Shown here piece by piece: positions 19,569 to 29,364 of a stretch of 64,000 nt of DNA. This DNA comes from an uncultured bacterium. GTDB taxonomy: Bacteria > Acidobacteriota > Aminicenantia > UBA2199. The stretch covers positions 81,900-145,899 of the forward strand of contig CALODR010000004.1 in assembly GCA_942492175.1 (NCBI GenBank), in the 5' to 3' direction. The notes under the pieces are model-generated. The model did not search any database. It saw only the letters and a program-made list of their open reading frames with translations, and was not told the DNA's origin. A program made the position numbers and the translations under genes. How positions within the stretch are numbered: the first letter of the stretch is position 1; every line of letters starts with the position of its first letter.

Positions 19569-20140
19569 TGGAATTTTCCGAATTGGTTAAAAAACGGTAC
19601 AGCTGCAGGAAATACCTGCATGTTCCGGTTGAGAGAGAGAAGATAGAGAAATGTATTGAGTCTGCCCGCCTGGCCCCCTCGGCCTGCAATTCCCAGCCCT
19701 GGAATTTTATTGTGGTGGATGAAAAAGAGAAATTGAAGGCAGTTTCCGATGCGGCATTGTCGGGTATATACAGTATGCCGAAGTTGATGGCCGATGCACC
19801 GGTACTGATCATTGTCACTGTAAATAAAGGAAATTTTTCTGCAAAAGTCGGGAATTTTGTCAGGGACACAATGTTCTACCTGATCGATATAGGAATTGCC
19901 TGTGAACATCTTGTGTTGCAGGCTGCGGAACTCGGGCTCGGGACATGCTATATCGGATGGTTTAATGAGAAAGAGGTGAAGAAGAAACTTGGACTGGGAA
20001 AATCTATAAATATTCCACTTATCATCACTATGGGAAATCCTGATGAGAGCCACCGCTCAAAAGATATAACCCGCCGATTCGCAAATGGAGGAGCAAGAAA
20101 ACCTCTCAAAGATGTGATGAGGTATGCGGACTCTGAATAA
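19568..20140 (+). CDS. Nitroreductase family protein (intact copy)
   Basis: 190 aa with the nitroreductase N-terminal motif RYSCRKY...LAPSACNSQPW. The start overlaps the S41 stop (ATGA). Confidence 0.8.
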   Translation: MEFSELVKKRYSCRKYLHVPVEREKIEKCIESARLAPSACNSQPWNFIVVDEKEKLKAVSDAALSGIYSMPKLMADAPVLIIVTVNKGNFSAKVGNFVRDTMFYLIDIGIACEHLVLQAAELGLGTCYIGWFNEKEVKKKLGLGKSINIPLIITMGNPDESHRSKDITRRFANGGARKPLKDVMRYADSE

Positions 20141-20161
20141 TACGTTGATGGGAGATCGTTT

Positions 20162-20569
20162 TCAGGACAACAAATCCTGAAGCCAATCCCTGATCTCGTC
20201 TCTTGTCCGGCAGAAGGCTTCCATTCTCTCTTCATCACTTTCGTTTATGTTGGAAGGGTCTTTGAAACTTTTATGAATGTATTTTTTTGAGCCGGGGAAA
20301 AAGGGGCAATTATCTTTAGCGCTGTCACAAACCGTTACAACGATATCAAATTCCATACCTCTAAATTCTGTGGCTAATTTTGATCTCTGATGTGAAATCT
20401 CTATCCCAATTTTTTCAAGAGCTTTTATCGCCATCGGTTTTACAATTGTTTTTTCTGTCCCGGCACTGAATGCCTCCCATCTATCACCGAAGAAATGGTT
20501 GGTAAGTCCTTCCGCCATCTGTGATCTGGCTGAATTGTGGGTACATATGAACAGTATTTTTTTTTTCAT
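20162..20569 (-). CDS. arsC: Arsenate reductase, LMW-PTPase family (thioredoxin-coupled ArsC)
   Basis: 135 aa with the [14 protein letters not shown]-loop and downstream Cys residues typical of LMW-PTP-type ArsC. It overlaps the ACR3 stop by 4 nt. Confidence 0.75.
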   Translation of the reverse strand: MKKKILFICTHNSARSQMAEGLTNHFFGDRWEAFSAGTEKTIVKPMAIKALEKIGIEISHQRSKLATEFRGMEFDIVVTVCDSAKDNCPFFPGSKKYIHKSFKDPSNINESDEERMEAFCRTRDEIRDWLQDLLS

Positions 20570-21639
20570 ATCAGTTTTCTATCAGTTTTTCCATAATACT
20601 TTGACCGGAATCTTAATGCAACATTTACTAACCCGATAAGAACAGGAACTTCAACCAATGGTCCAATGACCGCAGCAAATGCTTCCCCGGAGTTTATTCC
20701 GAACACTGCCACAGCGACGGCAATAGCCAGTTCAAAATTGTTGCTTGCAGCTGTAAAAGCAAGGGTTGCGGTCTTCGGGTAATCGGCACCGATCTTCCGT
20801 CCCAGATAAAAACTGACCATGAACATTACAATAAAATAGATGAGGAGTGGAATGGCGATCCGCACCACATCCAGCGGTATCTTTACAATGAACTCCCCCT
20901 TAAGGCTGAACATTACTACAATAGTGAAAAGGAGTGCGATCAGAGTTATAGGGCTTATCTTCGGTATGAATTTTGTTTCATACCATATTTTACTTTTAAG
21001 CTTGATCAGAACAAATCTGGTGATCATTCCTGCTATAAAGGGGATACCAAGATAAATGAAAACACTCTCAGCGATCTGGCTGATACTGATGTTAACGACT
21101 GCGCCTTTGAGCCCAAGCAGTGGTGGAAGTTTTGTGATAAATATCCATGCGTAGAATGAGAAGAATAGGACCTGGAAAATGCTATTGAAGGCTACCAGTC
21201 CGGCCGCATATTCGGAATCTCCCTTAGCCAGTTCGTTCCAGACGATAACCATGGCGATGCAGCGGGCAAGTCCGATCATAATGAGGCCTACCATATAGTG
21301 CGGCATATCATGCAGGAATAGAATTGCGAGGAAGAACATCAGCACAGGTCCGATTATCCAGTTCTGAAAAAGAGAAAGGGTAAGTACTTTTTTGTTTTTA
21401 AAAACGTCTCCTAACTCCTCATACTTAACTTTCGCAAGTGGAGGATACATCATCAGGATCAATCCGATAGCAATTGGAATATTTGTTGTCCCGCTGTTGA
21501 ATTTATTCCAGAAATTGATTATAGAGGGGATGAAATATCCCATTCCGACCCCGACCCCCATGGCCGTAAATATCCACAAAGTCAAATATCTGTCTAAGAA
21601 CTTTAATCTTTTTTTGCCAGGCATTGAGTTTACCCCCAT
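20566..21639 (-). CDS. ACR3 family arsenite efflux transporter
   Basis: 357 aa with about 10 TM helices and ACR3-like sequence. It sits in the conserved operon position next to arsC. Confidence 0.75.
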   Translation of the reverse strand: MGVNSMPGKKRLKFLDRYLTLWIFTAMGVGVGMGYFIPSIINFWNKFNSGTTNIPIAIGLILMMYPPLAKVKYEELGDVFKNKKVLTLSLFQNWIIGPVLMFFLAILFLHDMPHYMVGLIMIGLARCIAMVIVWNELAKGDSEYAAGLVAFNSIFQVLFFSFYAWIFITKLPPLLGLKGAVVNISISQIAESVFIYLGIPFIAGMITRFVLIKLKSKIWYETKFIPKISPITLIALLFTIVVMFSLKGEFIVKIPLDVVRIAIPLLIYFIVMFMVSFYLGRKIGADYPKTATLAFTAASNNFELAIAVAVAVFGINSGEAFAAVIGPLVEVPVLIGLVNVALRFRSKYYGKTDRKLI

Positions 21640-21654
21640 AAATAGTTTTAATAG

Positions 21655-22347
21655 TTAGATTGTTAATAAATATATACCTGCAATGATAATTAGAATGCCG
21701 CAAATTTTTTTTACAATTATTGTTCCCCGGGATGATTCGTTCCATTTTAAATACTTCTGTATGTATTCAGTGAAAGATCCCGCCAGAACTATCACCAGGC
21801 AATGTCCGATCCCATATGCAGCAAGGAGTGAAAAACTGTGAAAAAAATTTGAAGATGAGGAGAAAAGTGTTATTGCAAGGACAGGAGCCATATAAGCGAA
21901 TGTGCAGGGGCCAAGTGCGATACCGAAAACCAACCCAAGTACAAATGCCGGCCCGACCCCTTTCTTTTTAAGATTTAATTGTCCCGCTCCCGGGAAATGT
22001 ATCTTTATTACTTCCAACAGATAAAGGCCTACCAGAAAAAAAACAATCGCGACAATATAATTCCCCCATTTTCCGATATCACCCATCATTCGGCCCATCA
22101 AAGATGTTATCAGGCCTATTATTGCAATTGTGACCAAAATTCCCGATGAAAATGAGAGGGATGTCCAGAAAGCTTTTTTAAATGATCTATTCTGCTGACC
22201 GCTTATATATGCAACGATCAGAGGAATGCTTGCAAGATGGCAGGGGCTGAGAAGGATGCTTAGAACTCCCCACAGAAAAGCTCCTCCAAGGGCTATTAAA
22301 AAAGTTGATTGCACAAGAATAGACAACCATGTGAATAATGAATCCAC
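21655..22347 (-). CDS. CcdA/DsbD-family transmembrane thiol-disulfide electron transporter
   Basis: 230 aa with 6 TM helices. Conserved Cys-containing TM segments (LSPCHL, LGPCTF) are characteristic of CcdA. Confidence 0.7.
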   Translation of the reverse strand: MDSLFTWLSILVQSTFLIALGGAFLWGVLSILLSPCHLASIPLIVAYISGQQNRSFKKAFWTSLSFSSGILVTIAIIGLITSLMGRMMGDIGKWGNYIVAIVFFLVGLYLLEVIKIHFPGAGQLNLKKKGVGPAFVLGLVFGIALGPCTFAYMAPVLAITLFSSSSNFFHSFSLLAAYGIGHCLVIVLAGSFTEYIQKYLKWNESSRGTIIVKKICGILIIIAGIYLLTI

Positions 22348-22757
22348 TATAATTCCACCCCTTTCATTTTAAGTATTTTTAAAATTTCTTCTTTCGGAAA
22401 AAAGCCTTCATGACGAAAATATTCTTTCCCTTCGCTGTCAAGAAAAATTTGAGTCGGGATCAGCTTTATTTTATATTTTGATGCAAAAGGTTTCCCTTCC
22501 GATGTCCAGACGTCGTGGAAAACAACCTTCACCAGATCTTTATATTCTTTCTCGATTTCCTCCATGATGGGCTGCATTTTTTTACAAGGGATACACCGGA
22601 CAGAACCGAGTTCCACAAAAGTTACTTTGATATTGACAGCTTCCTTTTGTTTTTCCTGTTTTGAGTCGCAACACTTTTTGTCACTTTTACTGCACGCTGC
22701 CTGAAGAGTAATAGCGAAAAATCCAATAAAAAATAAAACAGCAATTTTTTTAATCAT
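22347..22757 (-). CDS. Periplasmic thioredoxin-like lipoprotein (TlpA-like)
   Basis: 136 aa with a lipoprotein signal (...LQAACS) and the CIPC redox motif. Its start overlaps the ccdA-like stop. Confidence 0.7.
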   Translation of the reverse strand: MIKKIAVLFFIGFFAITLQAACSKSDKKCCDSKQEKQKEAVNIKVTFVELGSVRCIPCKKMQPIMEEIEKEYKDLVKVVFHDVWTSEGKPFASKYKIKLIPTQIFLDSEGKEYFRHEGFFPKEEILKILKMKGVEL

Positions 22758-22777
22758 TATATTTCCCCTTGATTTTT

Positions 22778-23011
22778 TTATGACAACATTTTTTTCAGGT
22801 CTTCAGTCCCGGGGATCTTCCCGGTGACCTTCACTTCACCGTCAACCACCAGTCCCGGGGTCATCATGATCCCGTAACTCAGTATGTCATCCAGATCGGT
22901 CACCTTTTCGAGCTTGTATTCAATGTTCATCTCTTTTAATGCCGATTCGGTCATTTCCTGAAGCTTTTTACATTTTGTGCATCCTGTACCCAGAATTTTA
23001 ATGTCTTTCAT
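22778..23011 (-). CDS. Thioredoxin_3 / redox-active disulfide protein 2 (TM0996/MTH895 family)
   Basis: 77 aa with the GCTKCKK CxxC motif near the N-terminus. The size and pattern match the small thioredoxins commonly paired with DUF318 permeases. Confidence 0.7.
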   Translation of the reverse strand: MKDIKILGTGCTKCKKLQEMTESALKEMNIEYKLEKVTDLDDILSYGIMMTPGLVVDGEVKVTGKIPGTEDLKKMLS

Positions 23012-23034
23012 GTTTATCCCCCGATTTATTTTAA

Positions 23035-23814
23035 TTATTTTGTCATTATTGCATTTATTACCATGATTACCGCAGCAATGAATGTTGTAAAAGCAAACAA
23101 CAATTGTAGAAATCTGGGTTTGGTTTTTATAGCCATTTTTGATCCCAGAATTCCACCTACTGCTCCGGCAATTGCCAATGGTAATGCGGTTGTCAGATTA
23201 AAATGGCCGGAAATTGTGTGCCCGAGAAATCCCGTGAACGCAATTGCAGAAACCATTGTGGTAGAAGTTGCCACGGCGATCTTCATGGGTACATTGCAGG
23301 CAAGGACCATCAGGGGGACAAGAAAAGATCCTCCGGATACACCAACCATTCCCGCAAAAAAACCGGACAATAAAATGACTGGAAATGCCATCTTAATTTC
23401 TATAAGGAAATTGTGTTCTCCGGAATGGATTTCCCATGATAATTTTGATTTTTTTTCAATCTTTCTTTCTGTTACCGGTTTTAACATCAATAATGCTGCA
23501 ATCAGCAGAAGAGCTGAAAATATATACTTCAGGTATTGACCCGATATCTGATCGGAAAATAATCCCCCGAAGAATGCTGAAATGGAAGTCAGTATTCCAA
23601 TTGCCATAAAGAGTTCCCATGAAATGATTCTTTTTTTCCAAAACAAGATCGAAGCGGACAGAGAGGAAACAACAAGAATGAACTGACCGGTTGTTGCAGC
23701 CTCGTGCATGTTTGATCCGGCAAGAGCGAGGGCAATCACATAAAAATTCCCTCCACCCCTGCCGGTAATGGTCATGGTGAAAGCAATTATGAGTATAACT
23801 CCTGCTATTATCAT
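23035..23814 (-). CDS. TauE/SafE (DUF81) family sulfite/anion exporter-like membrane protein
   Basis: 259 aa with about 8 TM helices and the two-halves architecture of TauE/SafE. Confidence 0.6.
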   Translation of the reverse strand: MIIAGVILIIAFTMTITGRGGGNFYVIALALAGSNMHEAATTGQFILVVSSLSASILFWKKRIISWELFMAIGILTSISAFFGGLFSDQISGQYLKYIFSALLLIAALLMLKPVTERKIEKKSKLSWEIHSGEHNFLIEIKMAFPVILLSGFFAGMVGVSGGSFLVPLMVLACNVPMKIAVATSTTMVSAIAFTGFLGHTISGHFNLTTALPLAIAGAVGGILGSKMAIKTKPRFLQLLFAFTTFIAAVIMVINAIMTK

Positions 23815-23870
23815 CGAAATGCCCTTTTAATTATGATTTCCATATGAATGTATCCATTGATTTGTATTTT

Positions 23871-24350
23871 TTATTTAAGCCGTTTTAAGAGTTTCCCCGG
23901 CTTGAGTTCTTCGGATATAGAATTATAACCGCCTTCAATGATTTTTATTTTTTCATACCCAAACATCCGGAGGTATAGATAAACCATTGTGGCTCTTACA
24001 CTGGATGAACAGAATATCCCCACGAGTTTGTCTTTGGGGATTTCATCAATTCTTTCCGGGATTTCTTCGATGGGAATATTCAGGACCGGCATATGATGAA
24101 CCAGCCTGAATGAAAGGGTTTCAACCTCTATTGATGACCTGACGTCAAGAAAAAGGGTATCTTTTGACTTAAAATGGTTTTCCGGGTTTATCTTATGTTT
24201 TCCGCTTCCGAAAAAATCAAAGGTCATTGATTTTAAAATATTTCCCGCATTTTTTATTTCTTCCATAATATCCTCCAATAAAAATGCTTGCTCCTGCCCA
24301 CTTGTTGTATTGGTTTTTTTTAATCCTTTTTTATCTGCTTTACATGTCAT
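23871..24350 (-). CDS. Rhodanese-like sulfurtransferase domain protein
   Basis: The rhodanese fold has its active-site Cys in GIFCSSSVRA. The true start may be the internal Met (MEEIKNAG). Confidence 0.65.
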   Translation of the reverse strand: MTCKADKKGLKKTNTTSGQEQAFLLEDIMEEIKNAGNILKSMTFDFFGSGKHKINPENHFKSKDTLFLDVRSSIEVETLSFRLVHHMPVLNIPIEEIPERIDEIPKDKLVGIFCSSSVRATMVYLYLRMFGYEKIKIIEGGYNSISEELKPGKLLKRLK

Positions 24351-24354
24351 TTTT

Positions 24355-25512
24355 TTATTTTAAAGTACCAAAGATTGCTCCGCTCAGAGTGGCCATTACT
24401 ACCACCAGGGAGACAAACACCATTGTTTTTTTTGTCCCAAGGACACCGCGGATCACCAGCATGTTGGGGAGGCTTAATGCCGGTCCGGCCAGCAGCAGAG
24501 CCAGGGCCGGCCCTTTTCCCATCCCGGCGCCGATCAGTCCCTGAAGGATTGGTACTTCGGTCAGGGTTGCAAAATACATAAATGCACCAACCAGCGATGC
24601 AAAAAAATTGGATAAGATCGAATTGCCCCCGACGAGTCCGTTGATCCATTCAGGAGGGATCAGCCCCTCATTTCCCGGTCGCCCGAGCAGAAATCCGGCT
24701 GCAAGAACACCTATAAATAAGAGGGGAAGGATCTGTTTTGCAAATTCCCATGAGGAAAACGTCCACTCCTTTAATTCTGTTTTTTTGAACCAGCGGACGA
24801 TCATATATAAAAGGGCCAGAACCAGGATCCCAGAGATGATCCATTTTGAGTTGAATATGGATGTCCAGATCCCTGAATCACTTTCCCCAGGTTTTCCCCA
24901 ATTGGCAAACACCAGGATGCCCACCATGACCGCAAAATAAAGGATGGTTTTTGGTAGGGGTTTTTCTTCTTCAGCTGAGGAGGACACAAATCCTTTCCTC
25001 TCTGCCACCTCCTCTTCCTTTCTGAAAATAAATTGCATCATCAGGCCGATCACAATACTAAACACAATGGCGCCGATGGCCCTTGCCAGGCCGATCTCCC
25101 ACCCGAGCACCTGGGCTGTAAGAATAATTGCCAGGATATTAATAGCAGGCCCAGAGTAAAGGAAAGCGGTTGCAGGACCCAGCCCGCTCCCCTTTTATAT
25201 ATCCCCGAAAACAGGGGGAGGACAGTGCAGGAACAGACTGCCAAGTATCGTTCCGGATACGGATGCCACACCGTAAGAAGTAACTTTATTTGCATCGGGT
25301 CCAAGGTATTTTATAACAGAGTCCTGACTCAGAAATACAGATATTGCCCCTGCGATAAAAAAGGCGGGTACAAGGCATAGTAGAACATGTTCGCGCGCAT
25401 ACCATTTAGCGAGGGCAATTGCTTCAAATACAGGCCCTCCGAAAGGTAAAATATCAAGGGGGAAAAAGTAGAACAGTAAAAATACCGCAACCAGGAGAAA
25501 AAAATCTTCCAT
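24355..25512 (-). pseudogene. DUF318 (ArsP-like) permease interrupted by an in-frame TAA
   Basis: ORFs 25195-25512 and 24355-25110 are in the same frame. Continuing through the TAA at 25195-25197 gives ...LHCPPPVFGDI*KGSGLGPATAFLYSGPAINILAIILTAQVLGWEIG..., one continuous ~385-aa polytopic permease. Confidence 0.6.
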
Positions 25513-25580
25513 TCCTTCATATCACAGGACCTCCATGTTTTTATATATCTCCATATACCGATATATTGTTTTAAAATTTT

Positions 25581-25922
25581 TTATTTTTTACACAATATTT
25601 TCCGGTCTGTGGTCAGGGCCGATCTTTTCTCCCCGATCAATGCCTGATCCTCTTCGAACATTGTCCTTAAAAGCCTGAATATGGATTTATTTATATCTTC
25701 CCTTTTTACAAGGCTGTATTCGACCCACAGCCCTTCTTTAGTATCCTCAATGATATCCGCTTCCTTCAATATTCTAAGATGCCCTGACACTGTTGATTGA
25801 GAAAGATCCAGGACATCGGTAATCTCACAGACACACATCGGTTTGGCCATAAGCATGTTGACAATTCTGAGACGATTCTTCTCGCTGAGGGCTTTGAAAA
25901 TTTTCTCTGTTTTTTTAATCAT
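25581..25922 (-). CDS. arsR: ArsR/SmtB family metalloregulatory transcriptional repressor
   Basis: 114 aa from the internal Met (ATG at 25920-25922, checked). The HTH region is LRIVNMLMAKPMCVCEITDVLDLSQSTVSGHLRILKEADII, with a CVC metal-binding motif. The upstream part of the listed 234-aa ORF is antisense to the nitroreductase remnant. Confidence 0.75.
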   Translation of the reverse strand: MIKKTEKIFKALSEKNRLRIVNMLMAKPMCVCEITDVLDLSQSTVSGHLRILKEADIIEDTKEGLWVEYSLVKREDINKSIFRLLRTMFEEDQALIGEKRSALTTDRKILCKK

Positions 25923-26051
25923 ATCGTCAAACTCCGATATACCAATATACTTTTTCCCGTAAATGATGTCAACAATATTTCTTATTTCTTTAGATTTGAC
26001 CTTCCATTCATCCTGGGGTACAGCGACTTTTAAAATATGATGAGGTGAACC

Positions 26052-26321
26052 ATGGATTTTCCTGAATGGGTAAAAGCGAGATACAGCTCCAGAAAGTTTA
26101 CAATAGATAAACTGGAGTGGAAGAAGATCGAGCAGTGCATTGAAGTGACCCGGCTGGCTCCTTCTGCCTGCAATTCTCAACCCTGGAAGTTCATTGTGGT
26201 GGATGAACCGGAGAGACTGGCGGAGGTGTCGGCGGCGGCGGTAAAAGGACTGTACGGAGCCCCCCGGCTTGCCCGCAGCGATCACAGAAAACCCCTGGAG
26301 GATATTTTAAAATATGGCTGA
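26052..26321 (+). pseudogene. Nitroreductase remnant (N-terminal ~70 aa fused to C-terminal ~17 aa; internal deletion)
   Basis: MDFPEWVKARYSSRKF...LAPSACNSQPWKFIVVDE...GLYGAPRL aligns to the intact copy's N-terminus. It then jumps to ARSDHRKPLEDILKYG, matching the C-terminal ANGGARKPLKDVMRY. About 100 aa of the core are missing. Confidence 0.6.
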
Positions 26322-26352
26322 TTCGGATATCCGGAGACGTGGTGTCTTAAAT

Positions 26353-28617
26353 TTACGATTGATTATTGGAGGAAGGTTCCGATCCCTCCTTTTTTTTTAA
26401 CATTTCATTCTCATCGAACAGTTCTTTCATCCGGAGTTCCCTCTCCACCATGGCGGCATTCATCCGCTGCAGAAAATCATTCTTTTCCTCCAGGTCCCGG
26501 GTCCGTTCATGGACAATCTTTTCCAGCTGTTCCTGATGGAGTTTCAACACCTCCTCTGCTTTTTTCCGGTCATTGATTTCCTGTTTCAGGTCGTTGGTGG
26601 TTCTATTCAATTGGTCCATGGTTTTTATCAGTTGTCCTTTCTGGTCTTCACTTTTCTGCAGCTGTCTTTCAAGTGCGTCGGATTGTTTCTTACTTTCCTG
26701 CTCCGCCTCTTTCTGGGCAGTCATATCTATCGCAGTAGTTAGAATTGCAGGTTTTCCGTCAAACTGGATCCGTTTGGCGCTGAAATCCAGGGCCCGTTCC
26801 ATACCGGATTTTGTGATCACTTTCAATTCATACCGGTCCGGGGGTTCTCCCCCTGAGATCCGCCGGGATGCATTCTGCAGGACGGTGCTTTTCATTTCCG
26901 GGTGAACAAAGTCCAGAGGATTCAGTTTGGATATTTCCCCGGGATCGGTGTATCCGAAATACTCTTTCCAGAGATTGTTAACGTACAGGTATTTCAACTC
27001 ATCAGAGGCATCGATGATGGAAATGATCACCTGAGCCGTATCGGTCAGAGATTTAAATTTTGCCTCGCTCTCCTCCAGGGAACTCTCTGCATATCTCCTT
27101 TTGTACATTTCCGATAGGAAGGCGACGATGGTTTCTATTCCAGATTTGAATTTTATATTGACCTCTTTCCGAAGAATGATCAGGACTCCTCCCTTGACCT
27201 GATCTGAAATGGAAAACCCGGCAGTAAGAATGGACTTGATCTTCAGCAGTTTTTCCACTGCCAGGTATTTCATTTTGGAAAACTGACCGCCCAGGAGTTC
27301 GCCGACCCCCCCCTCGACAGGGATCAGGTCTCCGGTCAGATAATATTCATAACCACGGTCCAGCTGATTGGGGTCGAATCGGATTTCCTTCAGATCTTTT
27401 CCCAGTATTTTCGAAATCTTCGGGTACAGCTTCCCCATTCCGGAAATGGCCTCGATACGGACTGCCCCGATTTTTTTATGGAAGAGGGAGATTATTACGA
27501 TGGATTCCTGATTGGCTGACTGTACGGATTTTATGATAGACTCAGTGATATCTTCCATCCGGGTGAACCGGTTGGCATCGATGATGGCCTGGTTGATAAA
27601 TTCGATCTCCGCCACATATTCCCGATGCTTCAGTTCCAGACTTTTTTTATCTGAGATATCCACAAAAGTGGTCAGCGTTGCCGGTTTGTCCTGATAGGTG
27701 ATCAGTGAGGAATAAACGTACATGAATCGAATGGAACCGTCCCGGTGGACAAGCCGGTATTCGCTTCCCGGGGGGCGGGATTCACCCTCAATCCGTTGCT
27801 GGAAATTGGAGAAAAAGCCGGGGCGGTCCTCCTCATGAATGAGAAGACTCAGTTGCTGCGGTGACATATTTGTCAATTCCCCGGGAGTATATCCAGTGAT
27901 ATATTCCATTGAGGGGTTGGCGAAGGCGAGGTGCACCGGGTTGGCCGTGGCGATAACCACACCCTGCTGGATATTCTCTGCCAGGGTTCTGTGCATTTTC
28001 TCATTTTCAATCAGAAGCTTTTCCGCCTGTCTTCTTTGAAGGATTTCAGCCAGATAGGCCACAATGGTCTCAATTCCGGGCTTGAATCGAATGAAACCGT
28101 CCTTTTGGAGGAATATCACCACCCCGCCTTTTGCCATTTCCGTATTGGCAAAACCGGCAGTATACACGGATTTTACCTTCATCAATTTCTCTACGGCCTT
28201 GCTTTTTATTGCCGGCGCCTGGCCGCTCATCAGTTCCCTCAGGCCCCCTTTTATATGAATCAGTTCACCGGTGGTATAGTGTTTGTAGGTTTTGTCCAAT
28301 TCAAGGGGATTAAATTTGAAATTTCGAGGATCATCGCCGAGCAGTTTCGCGATTTTCAGATGGTGTTCCTTGATACCGGAAATCGCCCGGATCCGGATGG
28401 CCCCGAGTTTATCATCAAAAAGAGATATTGCCACCATCGATCCGGGAATAGCGGAGCGGATGGATTCGCAAATTGACTCGCAGATCTCATCCACATCAGA
28501 ATATTTTACGGCCTTCAGGATACTGCTGTTGACAAATTCGATCTCCTCCACATATTCACGATGTTCCGGGCCCTTCATTTCAGCCGGTGGCTCGTTTTGT
28601 TGATTTGTGGCAGCCAT
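26353..28617 (-). CDS. Multi-domain PAS sensor protein: 2x [unassigned ~175-aa sensory domain + PAS] and a C-terminal coiled coil; no recognizable output domain
   Basis: 754 aa. An internal tandem duplication runs from HREYVEEIEFVNSSIL...IETIVAYLAEILQRR to HREYVAEIEFINQAII...IETIVAFLSEMYKRR, each followed by a PAS-like segment. The Lys/Glu-rich C-terminus is predicted coiled coil. No HisKA, GGDEF, EAL or HTH was recognized. Confidence 0.6.
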   Translation of the reverse strand: MAATNQQNEPPAEMKGPEHREYVEEIEFVNSSILKAVKYSDVDEICESICESIRSAIPGSMVAISLFDDKLGAIRIRAISGIKEHHLKIAKLLGDDPRNFKFNPLELDKTYKHYTTGELIHIKGGLRELMSGQAPAIKSKAVEKLMKVKSVYTAGFANTEMAKGGVVIFLQKDGFIRFKPGIETIVAYLAEILQRRQAEKLLIENEKMHRTLAENIQQGVVIATANPVHLAFANPSMEYITGYTPGELTNMSPQQLSLLIHEEDRPGFFSNFQQRIEGESRPPGSEYRLVHRDGSIRFMYVYSSLITYQDKPATLTTFVDISDKKSLELKHREYVAEIEFINQAIIDANRFTRMEDITESIIKSVQSANQESIVIISLFHKKIGAVRIEAISGMGKLYPKISKILGKDLKEIRFDPNQLDRGYEYYLTGDLIPVEGGVGELLGGQFSKMKYLAVEKLLKIKSILTAGFSISDQVKGGVLIILRKEVNIKFKSGIETIVAFLSEMYKRRYAESSLEESEAKFKSLTDTAQVIISIIDASDELKYLYVNNLWKEYFGYTDPGEISKLNPLDFVHPEMKSTVLQNASRRISGGEPPDRYELKVITKSGMERALDFSAKRIQFDGKPAILTTAIDMTAQKEAEQESKKQSDALERQLQKSEDQKGQLIKTMDQLNRTTNDLKQEINDRKKAEEVLKLHQEQLEKIVHERTRDLEEKNDFLQRMNAAMVERELRMKELFDENEMLKKKEGSEPSSNNQS

Positions 28618-28799
28618 ACTTGTCCTCCATTATAAAAATACGTATACCCGTTGTCAATCTGAACTTCACCGGATTGAGATAACTCATCTGTTTGTTGTCT
28701 CCGGATTCTGACTCCATCAATTTTTGTCTCATCTGTTATTTGACCTGGTAACCGGCTTTATATCTGAAAAAAACTTTTATATATGTTTGAAACAGACTT

Positions 28800-29195
28800 T
28801 TGGCATTTCTGGGAGTTTCCCTGCTCCTGGTTTGTATGAACTTAATACAAACAGCTGGGAACAAACAGCGGGGAGTCACAACGAAATCTGGAATTTTAAA
28901 AGGAATATTCACCATTATTTTAATATTTTCAATTCTGACAGTATCACCTCAGAAAGTAGATGCCGCATCGGAAACTACCATACGCGCCGTCAACATCCTG
29001 GGACAGGGTGTGGTGGCGCTTTTAAAAGGGATCATTCAGGGTAAAGTGAAAAACCTGAAGAGTGCCGGAAAGATGCTGTTCTGGGGATCTGTGGCGGGTT
29101 ACGGATTCTATGAATCCAAGAAGATGATCGGAAAGGGTCAGGTGACCACCGGTGCAAAACTGCTCATCATCGATGGAGACTTCCCGTTTTACTGA
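28800..29195 (+). CDS. Hypothetical small membrane protein
   Basis: 131-aa ORF with a TTG start and one clear TM segment. The function is unassigned. Confidence 0.3.
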   Translation: MAFLGVSLLLVCMNLIQTAGNKQRGVTTKSGILKGIFTIILIFSILTVSPQKVDAASETTIRAVNILGQGVVALLKGIIQGKVKNLKSAGKMLFWGSVAGYGFYESKKMIGKGQVTTGAKLLIIDGDFPFY

Positions 29196-29364
29196 ATTTG
29201 ATGTCCGGACTTTATGGACATCTGTAATGGATCTTAACAACCTGTCATTCGAGATCTCATACAGGAAGGAGAACGACCGGATCTACCGGTTCAGTTTTCA
29301 GGATCCTTAATTATTAAGGGTATAATGTCAAATATTGGAAACAAATTAAGGGACAAGAAGTGAA

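Noticed and set aside
19247-20053. 268-aa ORF on the minus strand overlapping the S41 peptidase and nitroreductase genes
   Set aside because: It is entirely antisense to two well-supported genes and has no recognizable motifs. A similar antisense ORF appears opposite the nitroreductase remnant, forming the N-terminal part of ORF 25581-26285, which shows it is a frame artefact of nitroreductase sequence.
25581-26285. Full 234-aa ORF as the ArsR gene
   Set aside because: Only the C-terminal 114 aa form the ArsR HTH protein. The N-terminal 120 aa are antisense to the nitroreductase remnant, so the start was moved to the internal ATG at 25922.
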